20,000 bases of DNA from an uncultured virus (IMG/VR IMGVR_UViG_3300033388_001820). Its lineage: Duplodnaviria; Heunggongvirae; Uroviricota; Caudoviricetes. The position numbers were made by a program, and so were the translations under genes. Where the stretch lies: the IMG/VR virus record IMGVR_UViG_3300033388_001820; one strand, given 5' to 3'. Below, one piece after another: positions 13,198 to 20,000 of the stretch. A model generated the notes under the pieces. The model saw nothing but the letters and a program-made list of their open reading frames with translations. It had not been told where the DNA came from and searched no databases. Position 1 is the stretch's first letter. Every line of letters begins with the position of its first letter.

Positions 13198-13647
13198 TCA
13201 GTCCTCCACGAACTTACTCAGAGGGGAATGCTTGTCCCCATGCTCTTGTCTTCTAACCATCAAAACCAGGCAGGCTGGCTGCCACTTGCCTTTGTTAGAA
13301 TGTACCACATCGTGACACTCACGACAAAGGGTAATCAGGTTCTCTGCGAGATGCTTACCGCCTTGCGAACGATACAGGATGTGATGCACGTGCAGGTCGT
13401 TAGAAATGCCACACTTACGACACTTTCCACCGTCCGAAGCGATCACAGCGTCACGTAAACCCTCGGGCATCGGATTCTTGGCACGTTTGCGTTTGATCCT
13501 AGACCTCTTGAGAGGCCCCCTAACGGCCTGGAGGCTATTTTGCTTGTCCTTACGACAGTCCTCGCCGCAAAAGCTGCTGACGCCTGCACGGAGCGCCTCG
13601 TCCCTATCTATGTAGTCCCGACAGCTAGCACAGCGGACCTTAGGCAA
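13198..13647 (-). CDS. HNH endonuclease with N-terminal Cys motif
   Basis: CASC...FCGEDC; CRKCG...LHVHHI...GG...NLITLCRECHDVVH; GGAGG RBS before TTG 13647. Confidence 0.88.
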   Translation of the reverse strand: MPKVRCASCRDYIDRDEALRAGVSSFCGEDCRKDKQNSLQAVRGPLKRSRIKRKRAKNPMPEGLRDAVIASDGGKCRKCGISNDLHVHHILYRSQGGKHLAENLITLCRECHDVVHSNKGKWQPACLVLMVRRQEHGDKHSPLSKFVED

Positions 13648-13933
13648 AATTAGCCTCCACGAACGTGGCAATCTGCTCACCGAACAGCCCAAAGATGTCT
13701 ACTGGTCTGTTCTTGCGGAACAAAGCACGTCGCGGACGGTCAGTGAACCCACCCCACACGCCAATCCATTCTTCAGTATGCAACGAATAGTCCAAACAGT
13801 TAGCCTGAACCGGACAACGGATACATTTCTCGATGGCTTCGTCCTTGTGTGGATACAAGCCTTTGTCGTCAGGGTAGAAGATACCTGTGTCCTCTATCGT
13901 GCATATCCTGCGGGCAACCCAATCAGTCTCCAT
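13640..13933 (-). CDS. whiB: WhiB family Fe-S transcription factor
   Basis: W...C...FYP...A...CxxCPVxxxC...GVWGG; start at ATG 13933 (METDW). Confidence 0.92.
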   Translation of the reverse strand: METDWVARRICTIEDTGIFYPDDKGLYPHKDEAIEKCIRCPVQANCLDYSLHTEEWIGVWGGFTDRPRRALFRKNRPVDIFGLFGEQIATFVEANFA

Positions 13934-14315
13934 CCGAACCCTCATCGTCTTGACGTATCGCTTCAGCGAGCGCTTGAGGGATGACGTCGGCGAGATCAGG
14001 AACGACAGGCAGAACCTCATCGCTAGACTCAGCGGCTCTTGCTTGACCGGCAACACGCGCAGCTTCACGCATACGCTGACGAGGGTCCAACGTTTGAGGC
14101 GGGTCACGCAACAATATAAGCCCGAGATCCACCAGTTCACGAAGCTCTTCCAAGAGGATAGCTATAACCTCGCCATGCTCATGTGACTGCAACAGCATCT
14201 GGTTCACAAGCGCCGCATGATCGTTCTGCTTACGAGCCTCAGAGTAAGTGATCTCCAAAACCTCGTCACCAAACTGAACACCCAAAATCGTAATTTCTGA
14301 ACTGTCCTGACTCAT
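13923..14315 (-). CDS. acidic hypothetical protein
   Basis: ATGA-coupled to the upstream gene; operon context. Confidence 0.75.
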   Translation of the reverse strand: MSQDSSEITILGVQFGDEVLEITYSEARKQNDHAALVNQMLLQSHEHGEVIAILLEELRELVDLGLILLRDPPQTLDPRQRMREAARVAGQARAAESSDEVLPVVPDLADVIPQALAEAIRQDDEGSDGD

Positions 14316-14842
14316 GGCTGGGCCGGTGCTGGGCCGTCCAAGAAGCCTTGGAGGCTTGAATCGGTACGCTTGCTGATCGTGCCGACTGTCTGGGCACCCA
14401 TCGTGCCGACATGTTCAACTTGAGAATCGTCCTCGTCCTCGTATACCTCAACAGGGTCGTCATCCCATACTTCCAGATCAGTCAGCTCAACCTCATCATC
14501 AGCCTCAGCATCAGCAATAGCTGCCAACACCGAACCCTGACCTTCCAACTCATCCGCACCCAACAGATTACCCGCAAGCTCCTGCAACACGAACTGTGCG
14601 TTCGCATCCTCAGGATTGAGAATCACAACGTCACGCAAATCGAACTGCGTCACACGCTTCACATCACCCTGATTGGTCACATCGAACGTAGTCTTGCCAG
14701 CGACCGCAGTCACCATGAACACAAACGTCGTGTCGTAACTAACCTGCTCACCTTCGTCTTCTTCAAGGTCGAACCCACCAGCAAATTTACCCTCATAGAG
14801 TTCGACTTCCATACCATCGAATCTACCCTGTCCACTAAACAT
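14312..14842 (-). CDS. acidic hypothetical protein
   Basis: AAGGAG RBS; possible extended -10 TGaTACTGT upstream on the minus strand. Confidence 0.8.
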   Translation of the reverse strand: MFSGQGRFDGMEVELYEGKFAGGFDLEEDEGEQVSYDTTFVFMVTAVAGKTTFDVTNQGDVKRVTQFDLRDVVILNPEDANAQFVLQELAGNLLGADELEGQGSVLAAIADAEADDEVELTDLEVWDDDPVEVYEDEDDSQVEHVGTMGAQTVGTISKRTDSSLQGFLDGPAPAQP

Positions 14843-14936
14843 ATCTCATTCTCCTTGTAGAACTGCTTCTACAGTATCACGCGAACTCTCACTTTGTGAG
14901 TTCATCTTGATGAAATTACAACCATGACATTAGACA

Positions 14937-16895
14937 TTAGAACGGTTCTCTGTCAGTGTCAGTATAGTCCGGCAACCTACGTGCTGTCAAGTCCCCCACA
15001 GGAGCGTAACGCTGACCCACGAGAGACTCTTGGAAAGCTGCCTCATACTTCATCTTGTTCTTGTTCTGTTCCACCTCTTGTGAAGCGAACTTCTCCCACT
15101 TGGAGAGGGTCTTACCATCAGAAGGAACGATCGTTGTAGACAACGGAGCGAAGAGACAATTAGCTTCCTGTCCAGTGCCACCATGCCGTGACTTAGCGAT
15201 GTACAAATTGACCAACCCCCGCGACTCCATCAAACCCGCACCTGTCTCCAGCATGTCAGGCCGATAGTAAGTGAACACAAAGTCAGACGTTTCCTCAATG
15301 GCACCCGAATCGCGGGCGTCATCCATCGACGGACGCTGGCCCGCTTTGTTGCCACGAGACACCTGTGCCGGTACCATAATCCTGATACGGAACTCCTTCG
15401 CTATCTCTTTCAACATCATGATCGCTGCGGTAGTCCGTTCATAAGCGTCACCACGGAAGGCCCGAGCGAAATAGCCAAGATAGTCAACACCCACCATATC
15501 AGGCAACTCGCCCATGTCGGCAGCATACAACTCAAGGCCCTGACGGAACTCATCAGGAGTCACACGGTTCTTCTCTACCAAACGAATACGTGGACTCCAG
15601 AATTCCTTGGCGTCATTGCGGGCAAGCTCAGGGTCCTCGGTGCGCTCAAAGAACCTACGCACCTTCCAGGCACGGTCAGCCCACTCCGAAGCAGTCTGCT
15701 CCAGTGAGTACAGTAAGAACGTAGTCTCAGGACGCTGCCTTGAAATGTGTTCGAACGCCGACAAGATGTACGCCGTCTTACCGGCACCCGTCTTAGCCAA
15801 CACCGTCAACACCTGACCAGGAAGCATCCCCTTCTGCATAGCATTATCAATGTCAGGGAAACCGAACGGGATTTGTGTCCCCGGATCAGCCTGCTCAATG
15901 TCCCACCGTTCGAAAGCGAACTCAGGAGTGAGCAGAAACCCCGACGACTGAGACAGTAGCAGCTTCTGGAAAGCCTCAGCAGTGTTATCCTCGATCTGAA
16001 ACCAGTCAGAGACATCCATGTCGTCTTCGAAGTCAACGACCGTTGCTTTAGGGCCGAACTCCTTAGCTAGCTCAGTCGCAGCATTACGCCCAGCAGTGTC
16101 ACCATCAAACGCAATAGCGATCTTCGGAGCCATCTCGAAATATCCGGCCCACTCTTTCAGCTTCGACTTCCATGATGTAACGCCAGGGATGCCTACAGCA
16201 TGGAACCCGTTCTGCTCAGCGATGATCGCGTCGAATTCACCCTCACACACGACAAGCGTGCCAGCCACCTTGTACGTCGTGTCACTGTTGAACAGGAACA
16301 CACCCGCACCGGCAGGAGTCTTGTACTTCGCTGGTCCATCAAAGAAACGACCGCGAATTTGAACACACTTACCACCCCGGAAGTACGGGATCGTGACGGC
16401 ATTAGTGAAGAAGTCAGCGCCTCTCTCAGACATCAGTCCAGAAGCGATAATCTCATGTGTCTTGTAGCCCCTGGTCAGCAAATGAGCACGTAGGGAACCG
16501 TCTGCCCAGCCGATCTTAAATCGCTGGATTGTCTCTACTGAGAGTCCCCTGGCTTTCAACCACGACAACGCATCAAGGTTGTCCCCCAGTTTGCGTGCGT
16601 AGTAATCGGCTGCAATATCTAGGATCTCCGCCACAGCATCGGTAGGTTCTTCATCCTTGTTACCGAGTGGAGGGTCACCAAAGTAGCGGCGAAGCTGGTT
16701 TATGTTTCCAGTCTCACCACAACGCTTGCAGTCCCAAAGTCCATAATGATCCGAACTAGGATCGACGTTGACATACAGCCGACCCCGTTTGCTCGAATCT
16801 TCACCGTGAAAAGGGCAATGGACGTGCGCTTCACGCCCATCGCGCTTTACACGAGGAAACTTCTCGTTGAGATAAGCCTCAACGTCGAAGTCCAT
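14937..16895 (-). CDS. DNA primase-helicase fusion (CHC2 Zn finger, TOPRIM, DnaB-like helicase)
   Basis: CPFH...CKRC, VCEGEFDA, FDGD.AG, AKTGAGKT, YSLEQ, VDYL, AQVSR, RDSGAIEETSD, KSRHG. Confidence 0.95.
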   Translation of the reverse strand: MDFDVEAYLNEKFPRVKRDGREAHVHCPFHGEDSSKRGRLYVNVDPSSDHYGLWDCKRCGETGNINQLRRYFGDPPLGNKDEEPTDAVAEILDIAADYYARKLGDNLDALSWLKARGLSVETIQRFKIGWADGSLRAHLLTRGYKTHEIIASGLMSERGADFFTNAVTIPYFRGGKCVQIRGRFFDGPAKYKTPAGAGVFLFNSDTTYKVAGTLVVCEGEFDAIIAEQNGFHAVGIPGVTSWKSKLKEWAGYFEMAPKIAIAFDGDTAGRNAATELAKEFGPKATVVDFEDDMDVSDWFQIEDNTAEAFQKLLLSQSSGFLLTPEFAFERWDIEQADPGTQIPFGFPDIDNAMQKGMLPGQVLTVLAKTGAGKTAYILSAFEHISRQRPETTFLLYSLEQTASEWADRAWKVRRFFERTEDPELARNDAKEFWSPRIRLVEKNRVTPDEFRQGLELYAADMGELPDMVGVDYLGYFARAFRGDAYERTTAAIMMLKEIAKEFRIRIMVPAQVSRGNKAGQRPSMDDARDSGAIEETSDFVFTYYRPDMLETGAGLMESRGLVNLYIAKSRHGGTGQEANCLFAPLSTTIVPSDGKTLSKWEKFASQEVEQNKNKMKYEAAFQESLVGQRYAPVGDLTARRLPDYTDTDREPF

Positions 16896-16898
16896 CTA

Positions 16899-17369
16899 TC
16901 AGAAAGGCTCCACTTCAACTGCCGGAGGCGGTGTCGGCGGAGTCAGTCCACCAACGCCAGCACCAACCGTAGCACGGTTGCGCATCACGTCAGCGACGTA
17001 GTTCTTGCCCTTCTTCTTGCCAACACCCAGAGCAATCTTGACAGGCATGTCAACAAGGTCATCAGTGTTGAACTTGAACCCCACAGGGAGTTCATCCGTA
17101 CCCAGGATCTCTTCGACCCAGACACGTAGACGGCAGTTAGGTGACAAATCGAAATACGTCGCTGTGCTGCCGTAGAAGATACGACCTTGATGGTCTCCTG
17201 GCTCAGTGATCTGGAACATGAAAGAAACTTCACGCTTCTTTCCCTTGCTCGGGTCGTTCTGATCAATGTCCCACGGTGTCTCGCGGTCTTCAACACTAAG
17301 GACGTTAGCCTCTAGCACTGTATCTTCCTCTAGGGTCTGTAGACCCTCTTCAAGTGTAAAATCACTCAT
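16899..17369 (-). CDS. probable phage single-stranded DNA-binding protein
   Basis: Between Sak4-like ATPase and primase; OB-fold-like pattern, Gly/Pro linker and acidic ...EVEPF tail. Confidence 0.65.
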   Translation of the reverse strand: MSDFTLEEGLQTLEEDTVLEANVLSVEDRETPWDIDQNDPSKGKKREVSFMFQITEPGDHQGRIFYGSTATYFDLSPNCRLRVWVEEILGTDELPVGFKFNTDDLVDMPVKIALGVGKKKGKNYVADVMRNRATVGAGVGGLTPPTPPPAVEVEPF

Positions 17370-17404
17370 CTCTATCTATTCTCCTATGTCTCTAAGCTAA
17401 ATGC

Positions 17405-18571
17405 TTATCTCTTCAATGCTTCGTGTGCGTCCCGGCACAGGATTCGCCTGAACCGGATCTGGGATAGGTCAGCCTGATCTTCAGTCTCGACCTCATTGCC
17501 TGTCTCTTCACAGAAGTAATTGGTGTCAAACCCACGAAGAATTGGAACCACACCAACCGGCAACTCATTACGGCTAAGGACTTCCGTCCCATCTGCCGTG
17601 ACGTACTTGTATCCACCCTCTACTGAGGGAGTCTTCACTTCGGTCTTAGCAGCAGCCTTTTTGACCGCCTGCTTAGCCGCCTTCTTAGCAACCTTCTTGA
17701 CTGGTGCAGCAGCAGAAGTAGGCGGTGGTGTTTCAACCGCCACTGACTGCTCGACCTGAGGCTCTTCCGAAGGCAGAGCATTCTCTGTCACGGTGTCCTC
17801 AACTATGACCTCAGTCGACTCAGGCAGATTCAAGGTGCTGGGGTAAACCAACTCGTTGATTCGGTCGAAGTCGTCTTGGAAGTTGATCTCAAGGATCTGA
17901 GGCAGCTTGCCTGAACGGTCCTTCAAGAACGACATAGAGTTCGTCGGGAACGAATGCAAGTACCGTCGCTGGATCTTCACTGTCTGGTTGTCCACCACGT
18001 CAGTGTCAAGAACAGGAACGATCGCAAGCGACAAGTCCACGTAGCCGGGGATCTGGTCAGCGATACCGCCCTGCAAGCCAGGCTTGAAGTAGGTGCGACC
18101 AGTTTCAGAATCGGTTGACTCTTTGAGATGGCACGTGAACACCACATGCATGTCAAGGTTACGGAACCCACGAATGAGAGCCTGCATCTGCTCAGACAAC
18201 CAACCCCAATCGGGTAGCGTCATAGCGTCCTTCTTTTCGGACCTGAGTCTCTCCGCAATGAGGATCTTCTGGACCTCATCAATGGTGTCAATGACCACCG
18301 TCTCGATCGGGAAACCGATCAGTTCATCACGAACGTCGGCAGACTGATCAAGAACACTCTTGATTCCGATAAGGTCAGTGATGTTGTCGACCTTCATGTA
18401 CGGAATGTCTCTGTCGGCAATCGACATGAGTCCCGGCTCTGCACACACGAACAACGGGTTCGGGAAAGTGGAAGACATGAGAGTCTTGCCAGCCCCAGGC
18501 TCCCCAAAGATGAGGGCCTTGATGTACTTGCTGTAATCATCTGCGCCTGTTCTTCTAATCTTCAATGTCAT
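17405..18571 (-). CDS. AAA_24 / Sak4-like recombination ATPase
   Basis: LIFGEPGAGKT, VVIDTIDE, DWG, VVFTCH, KDRSG; AK-rich linker and extra C-terminal domain. Confidence 0.88.
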   Translation of the reverse strand: MTLKIRRTGADDYSKYIKALIFGEPGAGKTLMSSTFPNPLFVCAEPGLMSIADRDIPYMKVDNITDLIGIKSVLDQSADVRDELIGFPIETVVIDTIDEVQKILIAERLRSEKKDAMTLPDWGWLSEQMQALIRGFRNLDMHVVFTCHLKESTDSETGRTYFKPGLQGGIADQIPGYVDLSLAIVPVLDTDVVDNQTVKIQRRYLHSFPTNSMSFLKDRSGKLPQILEINFQDDFDRINELVYPSTLNLPESTEVIVEDTVTENALPSEEPQVEQSVAVETPPPTSAAAPVKKVAKKAAKQAVKKAAAKTEVKTPSVEGGYKYVTADGTEVLSRNELPVGVVPILRGFDTNYFCEETGNEVETEDQADLSQIRFRRILCRDAHEALKR

Positions 18572-18574
18572 CTG

Positions 18575-19459
18575 TCAAAATGCTCCTTCGTCTTGATCTT
18601 TGTCTATGATCTCTAATCTATCCAACACTGGACCGACTGCTGTACACTCTTTTACGTAATCACAGAGTCCACACATAGTGCCAGAAATATGAGGCACATA
18701 TACGCCCAACTCTCTCGATTTAACGCACTCCAACATGACTCGGTATAGTCGTAGGAAGTCCATGTCATCGCGCTTGCCAGCGTCGATTTCTTTGTTACCC
18801 CACAGATGATACCAAATGGCTCTACGCTCTGTGTCCGCAAACCGTTCGAATAGTTCCTCACCGTTCTTGAATCCTTTCGTTTCACCGTGTTCATTACTGA
18901 TACCAGTCCAGAACTCAGGCTGCATCGAAGCGTAGGTGTAGATGGTGAACTGAATGTCCAACGCTAGCTCAGTTTGATACGGCTGTTTGGATGTAGATTT
19001 GTAGTCAACGACACGCAACGGCTCCTTACCGCGAGCAGATTTCTTGACCTCCAACAGATCCACGTAGCCAGACAACCAGTGATCTCCTAGAGGAACAAGA
19101 AACGAGTGCTCAGTAGCTATGATCTCACGAGTCTCCCACTGGTTCTTCGCGTGGTACTCGTTGAGGATCTGTACGCCCCGACCGCGCAGGCCACCATAGG
19201 TGAGGCCACGACCCCACGTGTTGATCGGCTTGATCTTCTCATCCAACAGAAGAGGGTTGTCCCACCAAACCAGAAACAACTTCTTCGCTTCCTCGACATT
19301 GCCCGTGTTGTTGTAGTGCTCAAGACAGGCGTGGATGACAGTACCGAATACCGTCTTCGACCAGACCTTCTCTTCCACCTCAACCTTGTCTTCGTATTTG
19401 TATTTGACCTGGAGGCTACAATCCATCCAGACCTTAAGCATTGACGCTGAGAACCTCAC
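18575..19459 (-). CDS. PD-(D/E)XK RecB/Cas4-like exonuclease
   Basis: FSAS...C, GTVIHACLE, E...F, GYVDLL, VVDYKS, QFTIY, CGLCDY...C. Confidence 0.92.
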   Translation of the reverse strand: MRFSASMLKVWMDCSLQVKYKYEDKVEVEEKVWSKTVFGTVIHACLEHYNNTGNVEEAKKLFLVWWDNPLLLDEKIKPINTWGRGLTYGGLRGRGVQILNEYHAKNQWETREIIATEHSFLVPLGDHWLSGYVDLLEVKKSARGKEPLRVVDYKSTSKQPYQTELALDIQFTIYTYASMQPEFWTGISNEHGETKGFKNGEELFERFADTERRAIWYHLWGNKEIDAGKRDDMDFLRLYRVMLECVKSRELGVYVPHISGTMCGLCDYVKECTAVGPVLDRLEIIDKDQDEGAF

Positions 19460-19629
19460 CCAAATCTACTCCCATCCAGATCAATGAACGGTCCTCGTTC
19501 CCAAGGATGACCATAAAACAGAATGCGTCCTTGAAACTTGGCAATACGATGCGATGGCTTCCACCATTTATACACAGGAGCAAGCGTAGGAATAGGTCTA
19601 CTCCCAAACCCAAATGCTTCATTATTCAT
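19456..19629 (-). CDS. small hypothetical protein (57 aa, MNNEAFGFGSRPIP...)
   Basis: Hand-translated; GTGA-coupled to the exonuclease start and overlapping the HTH stop. Confidence 0.55.
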   Translation of the reverse strand: MNNEAFGFGSRPIPTLAPVYKWWKPSHRIAKFQGRILFYGHPWERGPFIDLDGSRFG

Positions 19630-19864
19630 AGGCGTGCAGCCTCACTAGCAGGTTAGTTTCTGCGTCCGTCATGCTAAGCGCAGTAGCAATCTTTCCGAAC
19701 GCTTTCAATGATGGTTCCATCATGCCACGTTCCACTTTAGAGACATAGGTGGCAGACAGACCAGCAGCGGCAGACACCTGTCTAGCGCTCAGTCCTTTCT
19801 TCTCACGAAGGAACTGTATTCCCTCGCCGAGAGTCAGCTTCAACGTGGTTTCTTGTTCCTTCAT
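19622..19864 (-). CDS. XRE-family helix-turn-helix protein
   Basis: LGEGIQFLREKKGLSARQVSAAAGLSATYVSKVERG...PS...KIATAL. Confidence 0.92.
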   Translation of the reverse strand: MKEQETTLKLTLGEGIQFLREKKGLSARQVSAAAGLSATYVSKVERGMMEPSLKAFGKIATALSMTDAETNLLVRLHAYE

Positions 19865-20000
19865 CAAAGTTGAACCTCGGGCATTGGAAGCAGTCCCACG
19901 CCTCAGCGTAGTAATCCCACACCGCTGACCCTGTGCATGGGGACTGTTTGCAGTGCGGCTTGAAGTCACAGTCTACAGGCATTGGGAACAGATAGTCGGC
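19803..20000 (-). CDS. C-terminal part of a Cys-rich hypothetical protein (5'-partial)
   Basis: Open frame from the window edge: ...DCDFKPHCKQSPCTGSAVWDYYAEAWDCFQCPRF... Confidence 0.35.
   Translation of the reverse strand, partial: ADYLFPMPVDCDFKPHCKQSPCTGSAVWDYYAEAWDCFQCPRFNFDEGTRNHVEADSRRGNTVPS

Noticed and set aside
13934..14140. N-terminal extension of the WhiB ORF
   Set aside because: Overlaps the 13923-14315 gene; the WhiB domain starts at METDW (13933).
18575..19459. Cas4 as a sign of a CRISPR-Cas system
   Set aside because: No repeat-spacer array or other cas genes in the window; context is a phage exonuclease-Sak4-SSB recombination module.
19434..19622. ORF-track 62-aa minus-strand ORF
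   Set aside because: The alternative frame 19456-19629 shows tighter GTGA coupling to the exonuclease and is preferred.

Overview
Bacteriophage (or phage-like element) DNA, most likely infecting an Actinomycetota host (WhiB, WhiG/FliA-type sigma factor, actinobacterial-type HNH, apparent leaderless genes). Left half (1-9200, mostly + strand): an array of 21 hand-folded tRNA genes interleaved with many 45-110 aa ORFs, a host-like recA, a metallophosphoesterase, an HNH nuclease, an antisense sulfotransferase and at least three structured non-tRNA RNA elements. Right half (9173-20000, - strand): a replication/recombination/regulation block (XRE HTH, PD-(D/E)XK exonuclease, Sak4-like AAA_24 ATPase, SSB-like protein, primase-helicase, WhiB, HNH, DUF5664-like diphosphohydrolase, sigma-28), then GSCFA-domain, putative virion, LamG-like and second sulfotransferase genes. 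Most notable observations: (i) a dispersed set of small, otherwise dissimilar proteins sharing a C-terminal [ILM]P-x-[NST]-W motif; (ii) unannotated structured RNAs in tRNA 'slots'; (iii) ORF start and stop codons repeatedly embedded in tRNA ends, which would couple tRNA processing to protein expression; (iv) atypical tRNAs (Ile-UAU, Gln with C33, His without G-1); (v) candidate sigma-28 promoters for the phage sigma factor. All calls are by eye; no database search was run.
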